Positions 9,217 through 19,066 of a stretch of DNA of 64,000 nt are shown here, piece by piece. A model generated the notes under the pieces. It saw only the letters and a list, made by a program, of their open reading frames with translations, was not told the origin of the DNA and ran no database searches. This DNA is from an uncultured Patescibacteria group bacterium (GTDB lineage Bacteria; Patescibacteriota; Microgenomatia; UBA1400; PJMF01). A program made the translations under genes and the position numbers. Numbering within the stretch: position 1 is the stretch's first letter; the number at the start of each line of letters is the position of its first letter. The stretch is from assembly GCA_905478415.1 (NCBI GenBank), contig CAJQIG010000001.1:8818-72817 (forward strand). The letters run 5' to 3'.

Positions 9217-10794
9217 ATGTCTGGAGAACAAAAACGATTACTTGAAAAACAACTTTGGGCTGTAGCCAATGTTCTCCGGGGAAAAATGAATGCAGACGAA
9301 TATAAAAACTATATTCTTGGCTTCATTTTCTACAAATATCTTTCAGAAAAACTTGCTCGCTATATTGACGAAAAACTTCTGGCTAGTGAAAAATTCTCTT
9401 TTGCAGAGGTAGACGACTCAACTGACGAAGGTCAACATATTGTTGAGCATATTAAGAAAGCTACCATTGATCACTTGGGCTTTTTCCTCAAACCTACAGA
9501 GCTTTTTTCTTATATTGTCAGAAAAGGTAATGGCGAGATTAAAGGCCATGATACTTTTATTTTAGAAAACCTCAAAAATGTTCTTAACTCTATTGAGCAA
9601 ACCTCAATGGGCACAGCGAGTGAAGATGATTTTAAGGGACTATTTGATGACGTTGATTTAACATCCACAAAACTTGGTAAGTCAGAGAACAAAAAGAACG
9701 AGGTGATTGTTGAGGTTCTTACTTTGCTCAGTGGTATTGATTTTAAACTAGAAGACACCAAAAGTGATTTGCTCGGTGATGCTTATGAATATCTTATCGG
9801 TGAATTCGCAGCAGGAGCAGGCAAAAAAGGTGGTGAATTTTATACACCAGCTCAAGTTTCAAGACTTCTTGCAAAGATTGTGACCCATGGCAAAAAACGA
9901 GTTAAATCTGTTTATGACCCAACCTGTGGTTCTGGCTCTCTTCTTCTAAGAATTGGTGAGTATGCCGATGTTGTTTCCTACTATGGACAAGAACTTAACC
10001 CAACCACATATAACCTTGCTCGCATGAACATGATATTGCATGGGGTGCACTTTGATCATTTCAGCATTCGAAATGGAGATACCCTCGAAGATGACATGCA
10101 TTTAGACTTACAAGCAGAAGCAGTGGTGGCTAATCCTCCTTTTTCTGCAGACTGGAAAGGCGATAAAGATCCGACTCTAGCTCATGATGAAAGATTTGCT
10201 CAGTATGGAAGACTTGCTCCAAAAGGTAAGGCTGATTACGCATTTGTAACTCACATGCTTCACCATCTTTCAGATAGTGGAACAATGGCAGTGGTGCTAC
10301 CACATGGTGCACTGTTCAGAAGTGGCGCCGAAGGTACAATTCGAAAATATATTATTGAGAAGCAAAACTACCTTGATGCCGTCATAGGTTTGCCAGAAAA
10401 TCTTTTTTATGGAACAGGTATTCCAACTACAGTTTTAGTATTCAAAAAATGCAGACAGGAAGATGATGAAGTTTTGTTTATTGATGCATCCAATGGGTTT
10501 CAGAAGGTAGGTAATCAAAATCAGCTTAATGAGGAGCATCTAGAAAAGATATTTCAAACATATGTAAATAGGAAAGAAGTTGATAAATACTCTCACAGAG
10601 CAAGCTTAGAAGAAATTGTGGAGAATGACTACAATTTAAATATTCCTAGATATGTGGACACTTTTGAGCAAGACGATCCTGTTGACTTGGATTCAGTTTC
10701 AAATGAACTGAAATCTTTGCAGGAAGATGAGGAGAAATTAAAAAAAGATATTACTGACTTTTGCAGAAAATTAGGAATAGAAAAACCTTATTAA
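9217..10794 (+). CDS. hsdM: type I restriction-modification system, N6-adenine DNA methyltransferase subunit
   Basis: N-terminal HsdM domain, NPPF catalytic motif (VVANPPFSADW), AdoMet motif DPTCGSGSLLL. Confidence 0.9.
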   Translation: MSGEQKRLLEKQLWAVANVLRGKMNADEYKNYILGFIFYKYLSEKLARYIDEKLLASEKFSFAEVDDSTDEGQHIVEHIKKATIDHLGFFLKPTELFSYIVRKGNGEIKGHDTFILENLKNVLNSIEQTSMGTASEDDFKGLFDDVDLTSTKLGKSENKKNEVIVEVLTLLSGIDFKLEDTKSDLLGDAYEYLIGEFAAGAGKKGGEFYTPAQVSRLLAKIVTHGKKRVKSVYDPTCGSGSLLLRIGEYADVVSYYGQELNPTTYNLARMNMILHGVHFDHFSIRNGDTLEDDMHLDLQAEAVVANPPFSADWKGDKDPTLAHDERFAQYGRLAPKGKADYAFVTHMLHHLSDSGTMAVVLPHGALFRSGAEGTIRKYIIEKQNYLDAVIGLPENLFYGTGIPTTVLVFKKCRQEDDEVLFIDASNGFQKVGNQNQLNEEHLEKIFQTYVNRKEVDKYSHRASLEEIVENDYNLNIPRYVDTFEQDDPVDLDSVSNELKSLQEDEEKLKKDITDFCRKLGIEKPY

Positions 10795-12039
10795 ATGAAC
10801 AATAATTTCAACATAAAACCCTTATTTCCTCAGCTAAGATTTCCAGAATTCAAAGACCCTTGGCAAAAAAAACAACTTAGCGAAGTTGGAACTGTAGTTT
10901 CAGGTCTGACATACAAACCTTCTGATGTGGTAGATGATGGTATTTTAGTATTAAGGTCTTCAAATATCAGGAAGGCTAAACTTTCTTTCAAAGATAATGT
11001 TTATGTTAATCCCAAAACTGTTTCGTTTAATGCAGTAATGGAAAGCGATATACTAATTTGCGTTCGTAATGGCAGCAAGAGATTAATAGGGAAAAATGCT
11101 TTAGTCGATAAAAATGCTGAAGGATCAGCATTTGGGGCTTTTATGAGCGTATTTAGAAGTGAATCAAATAAATTTATCTTCCAACTTTTTAATTCAGATA
11201 CTTATAAGAAACAAGTTCACAGAAATTTAGGTGCAACCATTAACTCTATTAACGGCAGTGATTTAAAAAAATTCACTTTCGGTTTTCCATCAAAAGATGA
11301 GCAGGAAAAAATTGCTTCATTCCTCGCTTCTGTAGATAATTGGATTGAAAATTTAGAGAAGCAAAAAAACTCGCTTGAGGAATATAAAAAAGGAATTATG
11401 CAAAAAATCTTTTCTCAAGAGATAAGATTTAAGGATAAAAATGGGTGTGAGTACCCTGAATGGAAAAAAATCAAGCTTAGAAAGCTGTCAAAAGTAATTA
11501 CTAAGGGTACAACACCAACTAGTTTAGGTTTTTCATACCTAAAAGAAGGTGTTAATTTCATTAAGGCAGAAAACATTAATCAATACTCAGAAATTTCTAT
11601 TTCAGAAACAATGAAGGTCTCGTCTGAATGTAATCAAGCTTTAAGTAGATCATCTTTGGAAGAAAATGACATTCTATTTTCAATTGCAGGTACTTTGGGT
11701 CGTACGGCGATAGTGAAAAAAAAGGACCTTCCAGCTAACACCAATCAGGCTTTAGCAGTTATTAGATTGAATAGCACTGTAGATGTTTTCTTCATAGAAA
11801 AATTTTTAAATTCTCAAATGATTGAAAAATATATTTTACAAATGCTTTCAGTAGGTGCTCAACCAAATCTATCATTAAAACAAGTTGGAAATATTGAAGT
11901 CAACTTACCATCAATAAAAGAGCAAATGCAAATTGCTTCATTTCTATTTTCAATTGAGAATTTAGTCGAATCAAAAAGCAAGCAAATTACAAAAGCAAAA
12001 GAGTGGAAAAAAGGACTGTTACAACAAATGTTTGTATAG
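10795..12039 (+). CDS. hsdS: type I restriction-modification system, specificity subunit
   Basis: Two target-recognition domains separated by a conserved central helix (LEEYKKGIMQKIF) and a C-terminal repeat (AKEWKKGLLQQMF). ATG directly follows the hsdM stop. Confidence 0.85.
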   Translation: MNNNFNIKPLFPQLRFPEFKDPWQKKQLSEVGTVVSGLTYKPSDVVDDGILVLRSSNIRKAKLSFKDNVYVNPKTVSFNAVMESDILICVRNGSKRLIGKNALVDKNAEGSAFGAFMSVFRSESNKFIFQLFNSDTYKKQVHRNLGATINSINGSDLKKFTFGFPSKDEQEKIASFLASVDNWIENLEKQKNSLEEYKKGIMQKIFSQEIRFKDKNGCEYPEWKKIKLRKLSKVITKGTTPTSLGFSYLKEGVNFIKAENINQYSEISISETMKVSSECNQALSRSSLEENDILFSIAGTLGRTAIVKKKDLPANTNQALAVIRLNSTVDVFFIEKFLNSQMIEKYILQMLSVGAQPNLSLKQVGNIEVNLPSIKEQMQIASFLFSIENLVESKSKQITKAKEWKKGLLQQMFV

Positions 12040-12048
12040 ATAAAAGAT

Positions 12049-14844
12049 ATGGCACAATCAGAACTACAACTAGAAAATGAATTAATAGCACAACTTGGAA
12101 ACTTGGGTTTTGATAGGGTTTCTTTGCCAGATGTTGAATCACTAAATCATAACCTTAAATCACAACTAGAAAAGTTTAATAAAACAACTTTTTCAGATAC
12201 AGAATTCTCTCGCATACTCAATCACCTAGAAAAAGGTGATCGCTTTGTAAAAGCTAAGACTCTGCGTGATAGATTTGTGTTGACTCGAGATGACGAAACA
12301 AAGTTCTGGGTGCGATTTTTCAACATGGATAAGTGGTGTAAAAATGAGTATCAAGTTACCAATCAGGTTACGCAAGCTGGAAGGTATGAAAATCGTTATG
12401 ACGTTACTCTTCTCATAAATGGTCTTCCTTTAGTTCAAATTGAACTCAAGCGCCGTGGCGTTGAAATGAAAGAAGCTTTCAATCAGATTCAACGTTATCA
12501 CAAGCATTCTTTCTCTGGAACCCTATTCGAATATGTCCAGATTTTTATCATTTCCAATGGTGTAAATACAAAATACTTTTCTAATAATCCAAAACAATCA
12601 TTTGAACAAACCTTCTATTGGACAGATGAGGAAAACAAAAAGATCACTCAGCTCAATGAATTTGCAGAAGTATTTTTAGAGAAATGCAAAATCTCAGCCA
12701 TGATAGCTGAATATATTGTGTTACATGAATCACTAAAAATTCCAATGGTACTCCGCCCTTATCAGTACTATGCAGTCAGAGCTATTGAGCAAAAGGTTAA
12801 AGAAACTAACCAGAATGGCTATATTTGGCATACCACTGGTTCTGGAAAAACCTTGACTTCATACAAAGCCAGTCAGATTCTTTCACAGTTACCCGAAATT
12901 AAAAAAGTTATCTTTGTAGTTGATCGCAAAGACCTCGATATCCAAACAACAAAAGAGTTTAATCATTTTTCTGATGGTTCTGTTGATGGCACAGATAATA
13001 CTCGCAACTTAGTAAAACAACTCAAAGATCCTAATAGAAAACTCATCGTTACAACAATTCAAAAGCTAGATATTGCTGTTTCCAGAGAATCGTATCTTAA
13101 ACAATTTGAAGATCTTCAAGATGAAAAAGTAGTCATTATTTTTGATGAATGTCACCGTAGTCAGTTTGGATTAACCCACAATAGAATAAAGAGCCATTTT
13201 AATAAAGCCCAGCTCTTTGGATTTACTGGAACACCTATCTTCGCTGATAACAATGTTGGTGGGGTTACAACAAAAGATGTTTTTGGTGAATGCTTGCACC
13301 GCTACATTATTACCCACGCTATTGATGACAATAATGTGCTTGGCTTTGCAGTTGAGTATGTAGGTAAGTACAAGAAAAAAGACCCTGACACGCTAGATGC
13401 TGATATTTTTGCCGAAACAATGGTTGAAGGAATAGACACTAAAGAAGTTCTTGAAAGTGATGAGCGAATTCAAAAAATAGCTGAGTATATTCTTCATGAT
13501 TGGAGGCGTAAAACAAAGAATGGCAAGTTTAATGCTCTTTTTTGCACTCCAAGCATTGAGGTATTAAAGACATACTACACGCTACTTTCTGCTAAGAAAC
13601 CTAAAGATTTTAAAATCGCTACAATTTTTACCCACCAAGCAAATGAGGATGGTAGTGCAGATATGCTTGATGTTGACGTGTTTGCTGATAAGGATGATTC
13701 GTTAAATCAGCATTCAAGAGACTTCTTAGAAAGCTGTATCAAAAACTACAACAAAGATTTTGGCACTAATTACTCTACTGACCGATTCTATGATTATTAT
13801 CGAGATCTACAGAAAAGAATTAAAAACAAAGAAGTTGATCTAACTATTGTGGTGAACATGTTCTTAACTGGATTTGATAGCCCGAGACTTAACACTTTGT
13901 ACGTTGACAAGAATTTACGTTACCACGGATTAATCCAAGCATATTCTAGAACCAATCGTTTATTAAATTCTGATAAGCCTCATGGAAACATCGTTTCCTT
14001 TAGAAACCTTAAACTGAATACTGACAAAGCTCTGGCTTTGTTTGGTGATGAAAATGCTAAAGAAGTTGTTTTCAAAAAACCATATGAGGTTCAGAAAAAG
14101 GAATTTGAAGAAAAGCTTGCTCACTTACGAGTAAAAGTACCCACTGTTTCTTCAGTTGATGATTTGCGAGGTGAAGAAGATAAGGCTGCTTTTGTTAAAA
14201 GTTTTAGAGATTTGCTTCGTATTAAGTCATCATTAGAAACCTTTGCAGAATTCTCTTTTGATGACTTGGGAATTACAGAACAAGAATTTTATGATTACCA
14301 AAGTAAGTATCTTGATATTCATGAAGAAAGAAAAACTCACGAACCAGAAAAAGAATCTATACTTGATCAAATCGACTTTGAGTTGGAATTAACTGTTCGC
14401 GATGTAGTTGATTTTGATTACATTATTCAGTTGATTGCTGGACTTAAAGACATTAGCTCTGATGTGGTTCGTGAGAAGAAGACTGAAGATATCCTTAGAT
14501 TATTTGATCGCGATGTGAAACTTCGTAAAAAGAAAGAACTCATCCGTAAATTTATTGAAGAGAACCTACCTAAAATTAGAGAAGATGAAAATGTTGAAGA
14601 AGCCTTTGAGAAATTCTGGGCAAGTGAACGCTCATCTGCTCTGCGAGAAGTAGCACAAGCTGAAAATATTCCACTAGAAAAGTTTGAAAACATTATTGGC
14701 GAGTATCTATACACACAAAAACTCCCACATGGACAAGATATTGTTGATCTTCTCCCAGAAGCTCCAAGAATTCTTGAGCGCCAAAGTATTATAGATCGCG
14801 TGAGGAGTGCTATTGAGAATATTGTAGATATGTTTGAGTGGTAG
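12049..14844 (+). CDS. hsdR: type I restriction enzyme, endonuclease/helicase subunit
   Basis: Walker A HTTGSGKTLT, DEAH-box FDECHRS, 931 aa, downstream of hsdMS. Confidence 0.9.
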   Translation: MAQSELQLENELIAQLGNLGFDRVSLPDVESLNHNLKSQLEKFNKTTFSDTEFSRILNHLEKGDRFVKAKTLRDRFVLTRDDETKFWVRFFNMDKWCKNEYQVTNQVTQAGRYENRYDVTLLINGLPLVQIELKRRGVEMKEAFNQIQRYHKHSFSGTLFEYVQIFIISNGVNTKYFSNNPKQSFEQTFYWTDEENKKITQLNEFAEVFLEKCKISAMIAEYIVLHESLKIPMVLRPYQYYAVRAIEQKVKETNQNGYIWHTTGSGKTLTSYKASQILSQLPEIKKVIFVVDRKDLDIQTTKEFNHFSDGSVDGTDNTRNLVKQLKDPNRKLIVTTIQKLDIAVSRESYLKQFEDLQDEKVVIIFDECHRSQFGLTHNRIKSHFNKAQLFGFTGTPIFADNNVGGVTTKDVFGECLHRYIITHAIDDNNVLGFAVEYVGKYKKKDPDTLDADIFAETMVEGIDTKEVLESDERIQKIAEYILHDWRRKTKNGKFNALFCTPSIEVLKTYYTLLSAKKPKDFKIATIFTHQANEDGSADMLDVDVFADKDDSLNQHSRDFLESCIKNYNKDFGTNYSTDRFYDYYRDLQKRIKNKEVDLTIVVNMFLTGFDSPRLNTLYVDKNLRYHGLIQAYSRTNRLLNSDKPHGNIVSFRNLKLNTDKALALFGDENAKEVVFKKPYEVQKKEFEEKLAHLRVKVPTVSSVDDLRGEEDKAAFVKSFRDLLRIKSSLETFAEFSFDDLGITEQEFYDYQSKYLDIHEERKTHEPEKESILDQIDFELELTVRDVVDFDYIIQLIAGLKDISSDVVREKKTEDILRLFDRDVKLRKKKELIRKFIEENLPKIREDENVEEAFEKFWASERSSALREVAQAENIPLEKFENIIGEYLYTQKLPHGQDIVDLLPEAPRILERQSIIDRVRSAIENIVDMFEW

Positions 14845-14857
14845 TAAGGGAAAAAGA

Positions 14858-17116
14858 ATGTATATATCAAGGGTTTACATAAGGAACTATCGCAATTTTG
14901 AAGAGTTTGATTTATTTATTCCTGATGGAAGTCCTTTAACCATTATCGGTGGAAATAATTGTGGAAAAACTAATTTTCTCCAAGCCATCAGGCTTGTTTT
15001 AGATTCTGGCATAGCTCCTTGGGACAAAAGACTTACAGAAGAAGATTTTTGTTGGAGTATAGGTGAAGAACCTTGGAAAAGCGGCGAGCAAATTGTTATC
15101 ACAGTAACTTTTAGCAATGTTACTGATAAAGAGGAAATACAATCACTATTGCACTCAATTGCTCCTGTGTATGACGAGGAGAGTGTTTTGTCTTCTAAAT
15201 CTGCAGATAGTCTGGAAGCTAATATTTCATTTGTGTTTGCACCATCTACCTTGAACAAGGAAGGCGACTATGACCTGATCGAGGACTACATTAGTTTTCT
15301 AGTTGCTGGTCGGTATCATCCTTCTGGATATTATTACCTACCAGACGGTAGTACTAAGGAATATGGTGATACGGTTATTTCTGGCTTATATTCTTGTCCT
15401 AGTAAAGAGGAGTTCTACAAGTATTTTTATTTGTCAGAAGACAATATTAAAAAACTCGAGGATGATTCGTCAGCCACATTTGAAAAGCAACTTGCTAAAC
15501 AGTCGTATCCTAACAAGGTGCGAAAACACATTAATTTACTTGCTCTAGATGCTCTTAGGGATGTCAAAAACGACTTTTACTTCGGTTATCGTTCTTTAGT
15601 GTCACAACTAATCAGAGGCGGCATAAAAAATAGTAAAAAAAACCAGATATCCAAAGAGGTGTCTGCTGCTTTTAAGAACCTTAGAACAAGCGGAGCTATT
15701 CCTGAAGCTAACACCATTCTGGATGATATAGAAACAAGACTACAGAACAAAGACATAAATCTTTTGTCAGATAAAGCAGACTTAATTATTGGTACTCCCA
15801 GAGTCACTCTTGAGAATATCGGTCGCTATTTCAATTTCCTAGTTAATCTTAAGGAAGATTTGAAAAGCGACCAGGACATGGAGACCATTGGTCTTGGTTA
15901 TCAGAACCTTGCGTATATTTCTGCCATTTTTGCCCTTTTTGAACTGAAGAAGGAACTTTCTTTAAATGATACCGATGAGAAAATTCGTATTGTATATAAT
16001 CTGCTACTGATCGAAGAACCAGAAGCACATCTGGATGTTCAAAATCAAAAGTATCTTCATACTCAAATCGAAAACAAGACGCAGAAATTGATGGAAGTGA
16101 AAGCGGCCGATGATGATGAAACTGAGGGTGAAGATGCTCCACAGTTTTTTGCATTTACTCAAGTAATTCAAACTTCTCACTCAACTCACTTAGCTTCCAA
16201 ATCTGACTTAAAAAATCTTGTTGTATTACAAAAAGGTGTCAATCAAGCAAGAGCTATAAACATTGATAGTGTATTACGACTTGATGATGACACATACAGC
16301 CACAATAGGAGAATATTAAAACAGTATCTTGATGCTACAAGGTCTTCATTACTCTTTGCAAGAAAAGTAGTTTTAGTTGAAGGACTCTCTGAAAAATATT
16401 CAGTAGGTACCCTTATTAACACGCATTTAAAGCAACAACGTCCTGAGAGCAATGTTGACATCGATAGCGAAGGAATTGAGGTTGTTGAGGTGGGTGGAAA
16501 GATCTTTGAGCCATTTAATGCCCTTTTTCAGAATGACCAATCTATTGGGCTTAACAACAAATGCTTGAATCTCCGAGATGGAGATTCTCATTTAGAGTCT
16601 CAAGTAGTCGCTGATTATGAGACAAAATACAACGACCTTAATCCTTCCTCTACTACCACACCTCAGCTGGATACTAAAAAAAACATTTACACCTTTGAAA
16701 TCGACTGTTTTTTCTTACCAATACCAGAAGATATAACTAGAAATAATATTGAGTATCTCAAGCTTATTTTGTATAGGTTTATGAAGGATGGAGACTACTT
16801 CAAAACAGATGACACTTTTACAAGGAAACTAGCTGCGATTGATAGCTTTGCCCAAGAGATTGTTAATCATGGAGTAGACAAGGACAAGTTTGAGAAGTTT
16901 TTCACAGATATTCTAGGCCATGAAGTCTCTAAGCCTTCCATATCTTTATATCTGTCCTCTTTGCTGAAAGCTAAATTGCTCGAAGACGTTACTGAAATTG
17001 AAACTTGGGGTGACACTCCGGACACAGAAGTTGGCATTACACCTTTTAGTGACCTGTCTGAGTTCATCATGCCCAAGTACATCAAAGATGGAATCTCATG
17101 GCTAATTACAGACTAA
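14858..17116 (+). CDS. OLD-family ATPase-Toprim nuclease, GajA-like (Gabija / class 2 OLD)
   Basis: Walker A TIIGGNNCGKTN, D-loop LLLIEEPEAHLD, Toprim ARKVVLVEGLSEKY. ATG at 14858 with an AAGGGA RBS 13 nt after the hsdR stop; the track ORF uses a TTG at 14834. The stop overlaps the UvrD-like gene by 19 nt. Confidence 0.7.
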   Translation: MYISRVYIRNYRNFEEFDLFIPDGSPLTIIGGNNCGKTNFLQAIRLVLDSGIAPWDKRLTEEDFCWSIGEEPWKSGEQIVITVTFSNVTDKEEIQSLLHSIAPVYDEESVLSSKSADSLEANISFVFAPSTLNKEGDYDLIEDYISFLVAGRYHPSGYYYLPDGSTKEYGDTVISGLYSCPSKEEFYKYFYLSEDNIKKLEDDSSATFEKQLAKQSYPNKVRKHINLLALDALRDVKNDFYFGYRSLVSQLIRGGIKNSKKNQISKEVSAAFKNLRTSGAIPEANTILDDIETRLQNKDINLLSDKADLIIGTPRVTLENIGRYFNFLVNLKEDLKSDQDMETIGLGYQNLAYISAIFALFELKKELSLNDTDEKIRIVYNLLLIEEPEAHLDVQNQKYLHTQIENKTQKLMEVKAADDDETEGEDAPQFFAFTQVIQTSHSTHLASKSDLKNLVVLQKGVNQARAINIDSVLRLDDDTYSHNRRILKQYLDATRSSLLFARKVVLVEGLSEKYSVGTLINTHLKQQRPESNVDIDSEGIEVVEVGGKIFEPFNALFQNDQSIGLNNKCLNLRDGDSHLESQVVADYETKYNDLNPSSTTTPQLDTKKNIYTFEIDCFFLPIPEDITRNNIEYLKLILYRFMKDGDYFKTDDTFTRKLAAIDSFAQEIVNHGVDKDKFEKFFTDILGHEVSKPSISLYLSSLLKAKLLEDVTEIETWGDTPDTEVGITPFSDLSEFIMPKYIKDGISWLITD

Positions 17117-19041
17117 AACTAGGAACAGATTTTGACCTATCACCGAAACAGATAGAGATAGTAGAGCGCAATAAAGATACTTTAGTTCGTGCACTCCCAG
17201 GTAGTGGTAAAACGACTATCTTAACTCTCAAAATAAAAAACCTATTACTAGATAATCCTCAGCTAAATAAATTATGCTGCATATCTTATACCAATGTAAA
17301 TGTAGAAGACCTGGAATCTAGTTGTTCACTTATTCTAGACAGTGAGCAAATAAAAAAAATTGATTTCTTAACATTCCATAGTTTTTGCTTACAGTACATT
17401 TTGACTCCATTTTCTTATCTTTACAGGAGCAGCAAGGGACTTAGACCGTATAAAAAAATCTTTAACTTCGGCGAGCATGGATCAGATCTCATTGATTACT
17501 TAAGTGACAAAGGTGTTGAAACAGCTGAGATTCAAAAAATTATTGATACTGAAAAGATTTATTACAATTTCAAGTTTATAAATAACTCCTGGAAAATAAC
17601 CAGCAATACCCATAAGGCATCTACCGTCAGTAAATACCTCAACTTTTTAAATTCCGAAAGACTCATAGACTTTAACTTGATCAGCCTTTTATCTCTATTC
17701 ATAGTTCAACAGAACCCTGTTGTTCGGCGCGTTTTAAATAAGTCCATTGATTGGATGTTTATTGATGAGTTCCAAGATGTTTCAGAGATACAATGCAAAA
17801 TAATTGAAGCTCTTAGTAAGAGTCGCATGAAGAATAACTCAGAGACGAAGTGGTTTATGGTTGGAGATCCAAATCAGTCAATTTATGGCTTTGCCGGAGC
17901 AAACCCTAGAAGTATGTACGATATGCGTAACTTCTTTAAAATGTTACACGATGGCGAAGAGTGTGAAATTAAGCTCGATAAAAGCCACCGTTGTTCTGAT
18001 GAGGTTTTTGAATTCGCTAAAAAGAATTACAACTCTGTTTTGCGTAAAGTCAAAAATTCACAACTGGTTCAACAGTTGCCAGGAGAGGATATTGTCGGGT
18101 ATTTAGAGGATATGGAGATTGCAGACGACTTGCAAGGAAACGGTGGTGACGGAAAAGTAATTATTAAAACTACCATTTCAGCCGTGAGTGAGATTGTAAA
18201 CTTAAAGTTTAATGAGTTACTAGATCAGGAAGTCTGTTGTATTGGTATCAATCGTTTTAATTCTATCGATGTTTATAAGCAATATATGCTTCATGACAAC
18301 ACCGATGAAGGAGACGGCTTTAGCCTCTACGCCGAACTTTATAAAGATTACGAAGAGAGATATGGGTTCAAATACTTTTCACTTTTTGTTAGATACTTAA
18401 TCTTAAAACACCATTTTTACAACAACAGACTCAAGTATCAGAAGTCACTTGAGAAATTTATTTACTCTTTGGGCTTGCTTCTCTCGGATAAATTAAATGT
18501 TGAAATGCAGCCACAAGTACTATCAAGTATTACTGTTGATGCCATCGAAATAACTTCACCACTGGCCCCGACAAGCACTGTCTTTGATGAGTTTATTGGC
18601 TTTACTGGTCGATTAGTTACAAGCTTGAATAGTAATTTGGAGTTTACTGATGGAGAGGAAGCTATCTTTAGCACAATCTCAGAAGCTGACAGGATAACCA
18701 ATATCAATGGTGTTACTGAGCCAACGCTCGCTAACTTCATCGCCTACATTACTCGATCAACTCCTGAGAAGCTAACTTTTGAAATAAAGCATATTCATAA
18801 GATTAAGGGCTTGGAATATGAACAGGTTATTGTTCAAAGAATTGAAGATCTTCCTCATAAGTCAAACTACGGAGTACATTTTGCTATCTTTGGAACAAGG
18901 TCGTTTCAGGCAAATGCTGGTCAAATCTATGACTACGTCCAGGAACTCAATAAGCTCTATGTCATGTTAACAAGACCAAGAAAGAATCTTTATATTATAA
19001 AAAATCAATATAAGCAAAGTCATTTTTTGGCTGCTCAATAA
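17098..19041 (+). CDS. UvrD/Rep-family helicase, GajB-like partner of the OLD/GajA-like nuclease
   Basis: Walker A ALPGSGKTTIL, motif II IDEFQDVSEIQ, C-terminal UvrD_C-like region; translationally coupled to the upstream OLD-family gene. Confidence 0.7.
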   Translation: MANYRLKLGTDFDLSPKQIEIVERNKDTLVRALPGSGKTTILTLKIKNLLLDNPQLNKLCCISYTNVNVEDLESSCSLILDSEQIKKIDFLTFHSFCLQYILTPFSYLYRSSKGLRPYKKIFNFGEHGSDLIDYLSDKGVETAEIQKIIDTEKIYYNFKFINNSWKITSNTHKASTVSKYLNFLNSERLIDFNLISLLSLFIVQQNPVVRRVLNKSIDWMFIDEFQDVSEIQCKIIEALSKSRMKNNSETKWFMVGDPNQSIYGFAGANPRSMYDMRNFFKMLHDGEECEIKLDKSHRCSDEVFEFAKKNYNSVLRKVKNSQLVQQLPGEDIVGYLEDMEIADDLQGNGGDGKVIIKTTISAVSEIVNLKFNELLDQEVCCIGINRFNSIDVYKQYMLHDNTDEGDGFSLYAELYKDYEERYGFKYFSLFVRYLILKHHFYNNRLKYQKSLEKFIYSLGLLLSDKLNVEMQPQVLSSITVDAIEITSPLAPTSTVFDEFIGFTGRLVTSLNSNLEFTDGEEAIFSTISEADRITNINGVTEPTLANFIAYITRSTPEKLTFEIKHIHKIKGLEYEQVIVQRIEDLPHKSNYGVHFAIFGTRSFQANAGQIYDYVQELNKLYVMLTRPRKNLYIIKNQYKQSHFLAAQ

Positions 19042-19066
19042 ATATTAAGTAATAAACAATCTATAT

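Noticed and set aside
9069-9269. 66-aa minus-strand ORF upstream of hsdM
   Set aside because: Overlaps the hsdM start and promoter region, with no motif and a low-complexity translation; more likely the hsdM 5' UTR
14834-14857. TTG-initiated N-terminal extension of the GajA-like ORF overlapping the hsdR stop; a similar TTG extension applies to the PLD ORF at 1000
   Set aside because: An in-frame ATG with a good Shine-Dalgarno (AAGGGA or GGAGG) lies 21 to 24 nt downstream, so the extension is probably an ORF-caller artefact
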